DNA of 64,000 nt. It comes from Spongospora subterranea f. sp. subterranea (lineage: Eukaryota). The notes under the pieces are model-generated. The model was not told the DNA's origin. It saw only the letters and a list, made by a program, of their open reading frames with translations, and made no database searches. This document shows positions 1-11,728 of this stretch, piece by piece. Made by a program: the position numbers and the translations under genes. Position 1 is the first letter of the stretch, and every line of letters begins with the position of its first letter. The stretch lies in assembly GCA_049724395.1 (NCBI GenBank), contig JAUGWO010000023.1, positions 248,001 through 312,000 of the forward strand. The letters are read 5' to 3'.

Positions 1-1143
1 TTGTCATTGTTCAAAGAGAATCGAAATCAGACCTCGGCCAATTTCAGTCAGGTTGGTTGGGTTTACAAAACGGTTAAGCTCCAACTTTCAACGATTTTAT
101 GAAAAAAAGGTGTATGGATGGCTCGTTCTGTCGGTGCAATTCTTTCAACCGCTGCATCTGGAGCACTCATGGAATACGCATCCTATTCAGCTGCCGAGTT
201 AATGGGGCTGTCTGCGATCATCGGAATGAGTGGGCTAATATCCCTTTTTTTTGTTCAAGAGGAGAAGGTATCGTACGATCCAATAGTGAAACATTCGACA
301 AAGCCTCGACTTTGGGTATTTGCGCAGCATCTTACTCAAGTAAGAAGCTGTATCTTTCTGTCAAATTTCTGTTGATTGTTTCCTAGAGAATGAAAAATCC
401 TGATATATACCGCATGTGTATCTTTGTACTTTTGTTTTCAGCTTCCCCTACACCAGGCAACGCGATGTTCTTCTTTATGAGGTAACGATGGCTTGCATCT
501 TGGCAGCGCTTGATCGCTGCCTGTGTGTTTCCGTTTTTTAAACTCACGCCATTCTGTTGTGTCGTATTTCAGGTCGCAACTTGAATTTTCTGCCGCTTAT
601 TTTTCGGCACTTTCAATCATCAGTCATGTGTCGTATTTGCTCGGGTCGTATATATTTATGAAATTTCTTAAGCATATACCATACCGGGCAGTTCTTAAGG
701 GAACTGTCTGTGGAACCTCACTCGTATATCTTATCGATTTGATATTAGTCAAACGTTGGAACCGATGGCTTCTTTTACCGGATTGGCTGTTTCCCATACT
801 TGAAACAGTAGTATTGGGAATATGTGCCCAAATTGCTTTTTTGCCAATCGCTGTCATAACCGCTCGAGTTTCTCCTGATAGTGACTCTGGGAGTGCATAT
901 GTTTATAATGCAGTCATCTCCGTCTCAAATATCAGCACAATAATCAGTGAATCGTCTGGTGGATTTCTTGCCCAATTTCTTCAAGTCACAAGCTCAAATG
1001 AGTACAGAAACTTTCCTATTCTGCTGATCGTTTGCACGGTTTTGGGGTTGTTTCCAATACTGTCTGTTGGACTGTTACCAACATTGGACGACGTCAATGC
1101 GACTGATTATGATGGCAACTGCAACGACAAAAAAAGGAGATAG
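1..1143 (+). CDS. Folate-biopterin transporter (BT1/FBT family, MFS); 5' part outside the window, spliced
   Basis: Multi-TM exons 118-375 and 523-1143; 'LILVKRWNRWLLLPDWLF', 'QIAFLPIAVITARVSP' and 'GGFLAQFLQVT...YRNFPILLIVC' are typical BT1 motifs. Confidence 0.75.
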
Positions 1144-1194
1144 CTCGTTTTTCAGTGACAAATTTAATTATAAAATGATACCATTATATTTATA

Positions 1195-3141
1195 TTACGC
1201 TTGCCCTGTCAACAGTGCCTCAGGAAGTTGTCGCCCTTTGATCGCATCGGCAATTTTTTCAGCGATCATAATTACTGGGGCATTCAAATTTCCCGCCGTT
1301 GCCCGAGGCATAACACTTGCGTCTGCGATTCTCAGTCCTTCAACGCCATACACGAGCCCGTTGCAATCAACCACAGCATTTGGCCCATTCCCCATAACGC
1401 ATGTGCCACAAGGATGATACGCGCTCTCGATATGCGACCTGATAAACCCATCCAATTCTTCATCTGTTTGCAAATGCGGCCCTGGCGATATTTCCTTGCC
1501 GGCAAGACCTTTCATGGACGGTTGCTTTATAACTTCTCTCGCAATTCGAATACCGGCCCGTAAGTCTTTCCAATCGTCAGCCAATGACATGGCGTTTGAT
1601 TTGATTGTTGGCGGATCATGAATTTTATTGGTGCGCGCTCTTATGAATCCGCGAGCTTTGGAACGCAAGGTGCCGATATGCAGCTGGAAGGAATGGCCAG
1701 TTGATGATGGCGCTACAGACTTTCCATCATATGATATGGCAACTGGCAGGAAATGGAACTGAATGTCAGGGTACTCACAGAGCGACGACGAACGGATGAA
1801 TGCCCCTGCCTCGAAATGGTTAGAGGCCCCGATCCAGTCGCGAAACGCAATCCAGCGCATTCCAACCAACATCTTATAGAAAGGATTCGTGACGAACGGA
1901 ACAAGTGAAACAGGTTGTAGACATTCCTGTTGAAAATATACCTCGAAATGGTCCTGTTAATGAGCCGAACCAACCGTGAGATCAAGTCAAAGTGCTAGTT
2001 TGTCCTGACAACAGCCCCACCTGGAGGTTCATCCCTACTTGAGGGGATTCGCGAATCAACGGGACATTGATGGCAGCCAAATGATCAGCATCACCGACTC
2101 CCGAAACTTGAAGAAGATGAGGAGTTTGTATAGACCCGGCACATAATATCACCTCCTTTTCCGCCAAAACGCGGTGAAACTCGCCATTTTTGGAATTTCG
2201 ATATTCAACACCAATGGCGCGAGGGTCCGATCCCGCTTCTCCTTTCGTGAATATAATTTTATCGACCATGATTCCAGTTAGAACCTCCAAATTGCGACGA
2301 GACTTCGCTAGTTTGAGGTAGCTCGCGGCCGTAGAACAGCGCTGACCTGTTCAAGCGTTGGATCGGGGTCATACTAGCAAATCTTAGTACCTCTGCTTGG
2401 CCCAGAATGGAACACTGTCATCGCCATTCGACAAAACAACCTGCACAAACATGGACTGACATGTAATTGGAATGACTTCGTTAGAGCAAACCTTCTTGAC
2501 TATATGCATTGTAATCAGATGGTGATGGATATCCAAGTTCAACACCAGCGGCAATGAAAGCATCATTCAGGCAAGTTCCACTAGGGTTATCGCCATACCG
2601 GACTTGTAATGGTCCACTGCCTCCTCGATAATCGTCCTCTCCCAGTTGCCAAGTCTCCGCTTTCTTGAAATAGGGCAGAACATGTTGGTAATTCCAGCCG
2701 CTAGCCCCAAACTCTTCCCAGTAATCAAAATCTCCACGATTCCCTCTCACATACACCATTCCGTTAATGGACGACGATCCTCCTAGCCTACAGAACTGTT
2801 TCAAGAAGAGATCACCATGAAAATCCTCGGACCAACATCTTTCCTCTGGGGCAGGAAATAACCCTGCCACCTAGGGACTGCTCCGGTTCAACTTGAAACG
2901 CCCAATTGTAGTTTGGATTTGCCATGGGAATCGCTAATGCAGTAGGCATATGTACAAACATGGAATTGAGGTGTCCTCGGTCCGATCCGCCAGCTTCCAA
3001 CAAAAGAACTCGGGACTGCTCGTCTTCTGACAGACGCGATGCGATTACGCACCCTGCCGATCCACCACCGACTACAACATAATCGGTTGACAGCACCGTG
3101 CTAAACTGCCGTCGGGCTAAAAGCAATCGATGGCTAAACAT
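1195..3141 (-). CDS. CHDH: Choline dehydrogenase (GMC oxidoreductase), mitochondrial-type N-terminus, spliced
   Basis: [20 protein letters not shown] (FAD binding), [50 protein letters not shown]; start [14 protein letters not shown]. Confidence 0.9.
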
Positions 3142-3681
3142 TTTCTGAAGAAATACTGTTTCTGTAGTACTCTTTGGTTTTTGTTCGAGATTTGACCGGC
3201 TGCTATTCACACCGCCGGAACCGTTCCATGACGGAAACAAGCCTACGAGTGGCTGGCGCTTCTGGCACCCGTCACTGGTGTGTACACTGTACCCGAAGGC
3301 TGAGACCACGATGGTGCCGGATGAGACCCAACCCAACCGGCGAAAGCCAAGACCGCTGAAAGTGTGATCTTGTGACTTCGACTTGAGTGCAAGTTATCGT
3401 TTTATGCCGCTGTGCACGCAACTGTCTGTAATTTTCAAGGACGTGTCATCACCGTAATGACGATAACAGTTGAGTGTACAGTAGCGATCATCTTAAACCG
3501 ACAATGTCAGACCCTACTGCCCAATTATTTTTATGAAATTTTATGTACACGGATGTGTATATATGAAATTACACCAGTGATTACTGTAGGCGGTAAAACT
3601 TTCTAGAGACTGGTTGAAGTACGGAGTTATCGAATTTTTGCTCATCTCGGTTTTGGGTCACCCCACTGGGGGCGTCGTGGT

Positions 3682-3784
3682 TTTCAAAAATGAGGTCACG
3701 GATTTCAAAAATGAGGTCACGGATTTCAAAAATGAGGTCACGGATTTCAAAAATGAGGTCACGGATTTCAAAAATGAGGTCACG
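3682..3784. repeat. 21-bp tandem repeat, about 5 copies (tttcaaaaatgaggtcacgga), followed by an inverted partial copy
   Basis: Direct reading; 3786-3803 acctcattttcgaaaacc is the reverse complement of the first unit and its flank with one mismatch. Confidence 0.95.
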
Positions 3785-3839
3785 CACCTCATTTTCGAAA
3801 ACCACCACAAACCCCAGTCATTTTCAGGGGCAAAACTGC

Positions 3840-3889
3840 GTCGAAACTCGGCAATACCCAGTCGAAACTCGGCAATACCCAGTCGAAAC
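3840..3889. repeat. 21-bp tandem repeat, 2.4 copies (gtcgaaactcggcaataccca)
   Basis: Direct reading; lies just before the probable transposase ATG at 3894. Confidence 0.95.
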
Positions 3890-3893
3890 CTCG

Positions 3894-5186
3894 ATGGAGA
3901 AGAATGTTGTAACTCAGATGGTGGTGCCCATCGTCGCCTTCCTGACCTGTCTGAACGCGACCGTAGTTGCAATCGGCGCTGACGGTCGTAGCAACAAGCG
4001 GCGCCGGACGAGAATTTTCACCATTCGCAACAACGTGTGGGAAGGTATATAGCTGAGTTTATTGTACCGATGGAGGTGTTTTCAACTGTCCTGAAGGCGT
4101 GGAGGCATGCCCCGACGATGGATGGTACCGGAACAATCTACTGGTGTCGCGCTCGACTTTCAACCACATTGTGCAGCGTTTAGAACAATGCGCCGATGAA
4201 AACGGCTCAAGAATTCCAGCGAGTAATGCTTTTGTCGATATGAGGATGAGGACTGCCATGGCCTTGCAGTTATTATCCCAAGACGGTGGGTTTATTGCCA
4301 CTGCCGCTGTTTTCGGCGTGTCCAAACCCGTCGTTATTACCAATGTCAATGAGGTTTGTTTGCTTTCACGGCTCCCTCTGCACTCTCTGGTTTTGGACGT
4401 TACCGACATGATAGCTTTCATACACTCGTTTACAATCATTGATTTATCATACAGGTGCTAGATATCCTGATATGTTTGGCCCAGCGTGTTATCCAGTTTT
4501 CCGCCACCCGGCAACAGTGGATTCGCGTGGCTTCTGACTTTGAGGAAATTCGCGCCTTCCCTGACGTCGATGCTTGCCAAGACGGATCGTTGTTCGAAAT
4601 CGAACGCCCATATGAGTATGACGGATGGATTTGTCGCAAAGGATTTGCTGCTATCAATATGCAAGCCTCTGTCGATGTTCTCGGACGTGTCATGGAGTAT
4701 TCATTGCGACCTGGTTCATGTAGTGATAAAAACGTCTGGAAGATGTCGAGTCTCGGAGGTCGATTTCGTACAATTCTTCCAGCGGACATGCATTTTATTG
4801 GTGATTCGGGCTACACGCTTACGTCGCAGATGCTCACCCCATACGTCATATATGAAGGCATGCCCAGTGAGGAGAAAAATTATAACAAGCGGCATTCTCA
4901 AACCCGAATCGATGTCGAAAGGGCTTTTGGAGGTCTAAAAGGGCGATGGAGGTTGTTAAAACGGACATTGAATATGAAATCGGCTGCCAGCTGCGGTCGG
5001 ACAATTGTCGCTGCAATGGTCTTGCATAATCTAACGATCGATGCTGGTGACGATCTCAATTTGGGCGACCGCGTTGATCCGTATCTAAATGCCAACATTC
5101 CTCAACAATTAACGACGGGCACATTATTGAAGATCAAATCGATCGCGAAGCCAAGAGAGACAGCATCAAGGATCATTTATGGATGA
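3894..5186 (+). CDS. Harbinger (HARBI1-like, DDE_Tnp_4) transposase, two introns, frameshifted near the C-terminus
   Basis: Catalytic motifs ACQDGSL, FIGDSGYTL, RIDVERAFGGLKGRWRLL and AAMVLHNL; N-terminal 'VSRSTFNHIVQRL' and 'AAVFGVSKPVV' HTH-like segment. Confidence 0.9.
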
Positions 5187-5756
5187 TACATGAGCATTAA
5201 AGTTCCAATATTGGTTTTCATTGCAATAATTTTTCAATGGACTGCAACAAGATGTTATTGATCTTGCCTTGCTGCGATCCTTGCTCTTCCAGCAACTTCA
5301 ATCGCTTATCCATTCTCATGAGAAGCGGAACGATCTCGTCATTCGTCGCGGTTTGAGTTGGCTGGGCAAACACTTTCCCCATTTCAATCAACGACCTGCT
5401 GACACCATCCATGCCCTGTTTCTGCCCAGCCAACTCAAACCGCGGCGAATGACGAGATCGTTCCGCTTCTCATGAGAATGGATAAGCGATTGAAGTTGCT
5501 GGAAGAGCAAGGATCGCAGCAAGGCAAGATCAATAACATTTTGTTGCAGTCCATTGGAAAATTATTGCAATGAAAACCAATATTGGAACTTTAATGCTCA
5601 TGTATCATCCATAAATGATCCTTGATGCTGTCCCTCTTGGCTTCGCGATCGATTTGATCTTCAATAATGTGCCCGACGTCAATTGGTTGGGGAATGTTGG
5701 CATTTAGATACGGATCAACGCGGTCGCCCAAATTGAGATCGTCACCAGCATCGATC
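5036..5756. repeat. Inverted duplication IR1: arms 5036-5368 and 5423-5756, 54-bp loop
   Basis: Hand alignment gives 7 substitutions and 1 indel over about 333 bp. Confidence 0.97.
5218..5422 (-). pseudogene. C-terminal remnant of the second, convergent Harbinger ORF (putative Myb/SANT partner)
   Basis: Coiled-coil-like ORF end (LMRMDKRLKLLEEQGSQQGKINNILLQSIEKLLQ*) convergent with the transposase; identity inferred only from the two-ORF layout of Harbingers. Confidence 0.4.
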
Positions 5757-6682
5757 TTTCAAAAATTGGTACGTTTTCATCTGTTTGACAATCAAAAGCA
5801 ACTTATCAACTATCTCCTTCCCCAAAAGAGGAATTACTGAAGGATCAGATTCCTATTGCAAAATTCGACGTACAATTCGTGTAACGCAAGTCATTTTTGA
5901 ATAAAATTAAGCCAGTCAGATAATATATACTCTTGACTGTGACTCTTTAGTTCAAGCGAAACTATCCCGGCACCTGGCCAGTTGCCGTCACCCAGCAGTC
6001 CGCGCAGGTGCCGGTACAGTACACCCTAGAAAGTTTTACCGTACTGTGGGTGATTTGGCGCACTTTTTACCCAACGGGTGGTGACTGGTGAGTGAACGTT
6101 AGGTACAGGCTACAGCACGTAGCGTAAGGTAGAGTCGGTGATATGCCGGATGGTCACGGTTGAAAGTGGTCATGGTGCAGCCTGACGATGTGTTTGCCGA
6201 CCTGCCTAATGTAGTGAGCGGGTATCTTGGCCATGCGATCTTGGATCTATCTGGCAATATCGACACGGTATTCTTGGCAGAACTCAGCACTCAATCCCTC
6301 TTATCAAGTGTGACATAGACAAATGGAACATTGGACGATAAATCATTGATATTATCTAGAATACTCAAGATGACGAATTTGATATCTGAAAGTGCATTAC
6401 AGGGCAGAAGTTTATCCAATATGAACGGTCGGAATTTCATAATTCCTGGAGAGTATGGTCCCTGACATCGTATGTTCTTACCTGTAGTCGCCTTCGGCGA
6501 TGGAACTTGTCTAATAATGATACGAAGTGGAAATCGCATTGCTCTTGTTCACCGAGAAAAAGTCCAACCATCAGCTGAATCTGCAGATGCTGATCCTGCT
6601 CTAACTGTTTCCAGCTGAAATTTTTATTTTTTTTTTCAACAGCAGATCATTACAATAATTTATACATATCTTATATTAGTAT

Positions 6683-7620
6683 TCACAAATACCGGTTCTC
6701 ATTGACGTGCCGGATTGTAAGTGATGTTCGGGTGGATCTTTGATAGACATTTCCTGGTTCAACTTGCGCCTCCATAGCGTTCACGATTTTCGATGATATA
6801 TTGTCATATTTGCACTGAAAATCAATGGTTAAAACGATAGCAGTCGGCAATGCCAAATGTTTCATTTACAGCTTTTCTATTTGATGAAAGTAATCGCTAT
6901 ACAACGAGTCCCTGAATATTAGCAAGCTCTTTGGCCTAAGATATACTTGCAAATCAGGGTTTACGGAGGACGCATCCGCCAGCGATCGATAGAAACTCAT
7001 TATTGCCCCCGAGCCCAGTGATAAAATGGCGACACAAGGGAGATAGAGCGGCCCATCGGTATGGGCCATAATCCTGTAGTTGGTGGACAGCGATCAAACA
7101 GCAACGAAGGTGAATCATATCAAGCCGTTATACCCTTCACCTGGCTTGTATTGATTAACCAGAATGTGATTGGGATGTTGAGATTCCGGGAATACGCCAA
7201 AGCTGCAGACACGATCGGTGATGGCATGTAGGTAATTGGGCAAAGGTTCCGGGTTCAAACCATCCGGTTGAGGCTGACCACCAAACTGTTGGAGACGTCG
7301 TCGTTTGAGTTCAATCCATGTCTGAGATTCGAACTGCGCCAATAATCCGCATTGTTCAACATCGGATACCTGAAACGCATTGCTCAACAGGCGGTATTGA
7401 AAAGTCTTCAAATAGTACCCACAAAATTTTCGATATAAAATAATGATGGAATAAAACCAATCGGGGCTGGAAGGATTGTGATCGTCAAAAGTTGCGATTG
7501 ACCTCGAATCTTATCCGCCAGCCGATCTGGATCACAAACAGTTATCTCAGGCTCAAGTTTGCAGGGACTTTTATGTGCCCGAATGGCTGACAACAGGGAC
7601 GCCGTCCCTATCACCACCAT
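6683..7620 (-). CDS. ALKBH6: AlkB homolog 6-like 2OG-Fe(II) dioxygenase, spliced
   Basis: WIELKRRRLQQFGG, PNHILVNQYKPGEG, MAHTDGPLYLPCVAILSLGS (HxD), RSTRTSLTIRHV. Confidence 0.85.
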
Positions 7621-8017
7621 GAGTGATTATTGTAGAAACCGTACAGTACGATAATCTAGATTCAAAACTCCGTCTCCAAGCACAAAAATACGGTAAATAA
7701 CTAATATTGCGTTCGGTCTGTGGACGTGGCCCCTCGAAGATTACATTCGTACAGGAAACGCACCATGGTTTTTACAGGTACTGTACATACAACAGTCCCC
7801 GCCTGAGTCTCGAAGAGAAGAAGAGACGATCTTACCTTAATGATATCACAGCATCGAGACTGGAGTTGATTAACAACTACGTTGAGATACAAACGTATGA
7901 TATGTATCGTCCTAATGTCGTTAGCGCTATGCGCGTAGCTTCGGGCCAGCTAAGAGCAAAGCGAGACAACCTAAGGGACAGAGTCCTAGAAATGCGCGGC
8001 AAGCTCGATGTGCAAGA

Positions 8018-8516
8018 TCTGAGGAGTACGGTGGATGCGTTGATACTGCAATTCGTCGAGGTATTAGATATGGTAGGCACCTCCATCGAGTTCAACGATT
8101 CGGTGATCTGCATGGAAGCCATTCAGGCGCAGCCTAGCTCAGAAGCGTCCTTAGCTCGTGTCTCCCTCAATACTGGTGATGGTAGAGCAACGCCAGTAGC
8201 TAGATCAGCACCTTCTGTGGACGCTGGTGTAGCGACAGGAGTAGGCCTTACCTCCGCGCTTTCATCTTCGTCAGAGCTGTAGTCGATGGAGACAATGTCA
8301 GAGCTACGAATTGTCCGAGAAGGTGCTGATCTAGCTACTGGCGTTGCTCTACCATCACCAGTATTGAGGGAGACACGAGCTGAGGACGCTTCTGAGCTAG
8401 GCTGTGCCTGAATGGCTTCCATGCAGATCACCGAATCGTTGAACTCGATGGAGGTACCTACCATATCTAATACCTCGACGAATTGCAGTATCAACGCATC
8501 CACCGTACTCCTCAGA
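8018..8516. repeat. Inverted duplication IR2: arms 8018-8216 and 8318-8516, 101-bp loop
   Basis: 199-bp arms with 3 transitions; ORFs 7707-8282(+) and 8123-8689(-) share the peptide LRSTVDALILQF...ARSAPS. Confidence 0.97.
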
Positions 8517-9184
8517 CCGAAATCCAGTTTTCCCTCAAAACCCAATAACAGTTGAATATCGGTCATACCCTTAGCTGCAATCCGGGATTTGGCAGATTTA
8601 CATGCCATCGGACTCGTCACTGCTGAAGAGTTCCAAACTCTAAAGACAATATCGATTGAGAAGCTTTCTGCAACAATGCTGCCTAGCAATGTTGCAAATT
8701 TAACTGCAGAAAATGGGGTCGCTGTTACTATCTCGTCAGGTTAAATAATAATTCTTGCTCCTTGGCAGTCCGAGTACTCATTTGACTTACATTTTAGTGC
8801 ATCATGATGTAATTTCACACAAATACAGCAAAGCGGAAGCTGAAAGTTCACCAGCAGTACCTTCAGGTGCGCACAGTATGTTTTCGTCACGCAAAATGAG
8901 TAAACATGCCTTTTCTCAAATGTTTCAGTAAACCTCGTAAGCCTCCTCTGCAGCAGTCAAATTTGCATGCTTTCTTTGGCCCATCAATTTTGACAGCGAA
9001 AGCCAGTGGCCAACAGTTTGTTTCTGAAAATTGCCCTCGTTTCGCTCGAGATAGACATCAGTGTACTGACTGCAAAAAAAGCGGCTCAAGCGCTGATTGC
9101 ACTTTGAAAAACGCACTCAATAATTCAAGGTTGAGGAAATTTGAAAATGATGATTATCCCTTGTTAACGAACATGTTTTGAAAT

Positions 9185-10430
9185 TTGATAGACTTTGAAG
9201 ATGAGGTCCCGATTAGGAACAACATCAGCAGTGGTCAAGAACGTCGCTGTCGGTACAGTTACGGGATGAAGTCTGAAATTTTGGAAAATATAGAGATTCT
9301 CCAAAAAGAGATGTGTTTACGGGCTGAGGCAGTACGCAGCGTGAGTAATTCATCAGGGATTTCCAGTGATGTTGTGACGAAGTGATTAAATTCTGCTTCT
9401 GAAATCAGAAACATGGCGAGCTGCTCCTCTAATTCACGTAAACGTGGGCGAATCAATTGTCCTTGGCTCATTCATCTCAGAAGGGTAAAGAGAGAGTTAA
9501 GAAGCGAGGTGCGACAACGTCGCCGTAATGGCCTAAAAGCCAATCGAACCTGGATCATATCTCGTGCTCGCCAACTGAGGAAAATACTTACTATCGTATT
9601 CAGCTTTCCCGTTCCTGGTATTAATCTGGGTTTCTTCCCCGACAAGGGTTTTCGATCCGACGATGAAGCAATCACAAGAAATTGGCAGCTTCGCAAAGCA
9701 GCCCCGCGATTTTCGAATTTTTTTTCGCAATTTTCTCAGTCTCCGACCGTTGGCACCAAGTATGGGTTTTACAAGCCATCCTCGCTATTCAACTTGTTCG
9801 ACCAGGTAACGAGCACATTATGCAAGAAACAGCTATCAACTTGTGTCTTCTAGGTCCCATTGCATTTCATCTGTGAAGGTGATAAAAAAACTGAAAACAA
9901 TAAGGGTGCTGAGCGTGTTTGGGTTCGGCAGCCACGTTCCGGTTATGAAAAACGACGATGCACCTTGCATCTTACGCTTTGTGCGGATTCTCAAGCGCCG
10001 CAACCAAAGCCTATCATCGTCTTCCGAGGTGCCGGGACCATGACTATGAATTCTAGCGAAACCAGTGAATGGGTGCTTTATCGCATTTTCAAATTAAAAG
10101 TGGAAACCCATGTGATTTATTGCTTTTTTTCAGGATCCTCGCATAAGTGTCCTGTTTCAGGCAAACGCGTGGGTAGACGGGCTTACAGCAATCAATATCG
10201 CGAAGTTATATTTACAAGACCCTGTTTTTCAACAGGATCGTGCAGAGAGCCGCCTATCTCTGTGTGATAATCTAGATGCACATCAAAACTCTGATTTCTG
10301 CAGTTCAATGGAGAAGTTGGGCAAATCAATATACTTCCCTCCCAATGTTACAGATATGATTCAACCAAGTATTCAAATTACTCATCTGTAAAACTGTAGT
10401 CGATGGTGGAGTTGGACGGATGCTCAATCA
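9185..10430 (+). pseudogene. Degenerate pogo/Tigger-like (CENP-B HTH + DDE_1) transposase
   Basis: ELRSEVRQRRRNGLKANRTWIISRARQL, KGAERVWVRQPRSGYEKRRCTLHLTLCAD, PKPIIVFRG, FQANAWVD, CDNLDAHQ, LPPNVTDMIQP; stops and frameshifts. Confidence 0.8.
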
Positions 10431-10684
10431 GAACCATCAGACTCCCTGTGGTACCTCGTGGCCATGTAGAACCAATCTTCTATCACTCAGACTCAATTGT
10501 TTAGCCACTAATCCATCACGGGCTCTGACAAGATGGTTCATCGAATGGTCAAAACACATCAATCGTCACATTCGGCGGCGGTCGGATATCTGAGCAACTA
10601 GTCCGAATTATCCCAAATCTATCTTCGTTGCATCCAGGCTTAATCAACACTCCCGCTTCCTTTGAAACTTGAAGATGCTGTCTC

Positions 10685-10996
10685 TGAGCCAGAAATGCCT
10701 TCCGACGAATACGTCAACCCCTGTCAGGAAGCAGTGGTGTTCAAGTGGATAGAAGGGGCTCGTCTTGCTCGCTCTGAATATATCAGGAATAGCAGGGCCT
10801 CGGTATGCAGACATCAGAAAGCAAGAAGAGACAGGGAGGAGTCGATGATTGTCAATTTTAGGTCTGATGTCTATATACCGAGGCCCTGCTATTCCCGGTA
10901 TATGCGAAGCGAGCAAGACAAGCCCCTTCTATCCACTTGAGCACAACTGCTTCCTGACATGGGTTCACGTATTCTTTGGGCGGCATTTCTGGCTCA
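10685..10996. repeat. Inverted duplication IR3: arms 10685-10818 and 10863-10996, 44-bp loop
   Basis: 134-bp ungapped arms with 16 mismatches by hand count (about 88% identity). Confidence 0.95.
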
Positions 10997-11728
10997 ATCT
11001 CATACATCTGATCCAGACCTTCATCAGAGACAGTTTCAGCGTTAGTAAGCCACAAACCATCAGACAAATCGCCATCACTCCCAAAGCAAAGCTTACCAAT
11101 CGATTCTGCCAATGCACGACCTTGCAAATGACAGATGTCGCTGGCGCTTGGTGTTCCTGCCCATGCTGTAAAAACTTAATCGAGAAGAGGTCGCCGCCAC
11201 GACTGCTTTTGCGAGCTCGGCGCATTATGTTCAAGTTGCGGAGTCCTGAAACTGCGCCGAGATTAACAGTCGGAAAAAGGCGACTGAGTTCCCAAGAAGA
11301 TATTGCGCAAAGTGTATCGAAAGTGGATTCGCAGATGTTCACTTCAACAAAGGAAAGTTTCCTGAAAGTAAACCACCAGTCGGTGCCGATGATGAAACTA
11401 TAATTTTTGACGAAGACATCGTCGAGGCATCAAATGCATGTTCATCAGACTCGTCCTCTTCAAGTGCAGACCTTCCAACCCAATCCGGTTCAGAGTATGA
11501 TCAGACATCACAGAATGTTATTCCCATGTCAGAAGCGTATGTAGAATCGGAGCCCTCCACAACATCAGAGCACCATGATCCGCTACCGGTCAGCGCTTTC
11601 GACTGTTAATCTCTACAAACGTTTGATTCTGATGATCAAATTGCGTACGGATATTAAGTCGCGGTGCGAAGGCCAGTTGAAAAGCGTCACCGGCACAACG
11701 GATTTATATGCGACATCGATCCTTCTTT

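Larger units (their letters stand above)
3591..6041 (+). mobile_element. PIF/Harbinger DNA transposon, rearranged by an internal fold-back
   Basis: 16-bp terminal inverted repeat cggtaaaactttctag (3591-3606) / ctagaaagttttaccg (6026-6041) encloses subterminal repeats and a Harbinger transposase; no clear target-site duplication. Confidence 0.75.

Noticed and set aside
3682..3889. 21-bp repeats as a CRISPR array
   Set aside because: Units are contiguous with no spacers, there are no cas genes, and the context is a eukaryotic transposon end.
6099..6539. Short minus-strand ORFs as a gene
   Set aside because: Possibly a spliced hypothetical gene, but no recognisable motif or confident exon model.
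9259..9471. Minus-strand ORF RPRLRELEEQLAMFL as an inverted CENP-B HTH copy
   Set aside because: No matching nucleotide inverted repeat; the plus strand already reads as the pogo transposase.
11586..11693. Weak inverted match of about 20 bp between 11586-11605 and 11674-11693
   Set aside because: Too short and gapped to separate from chance.
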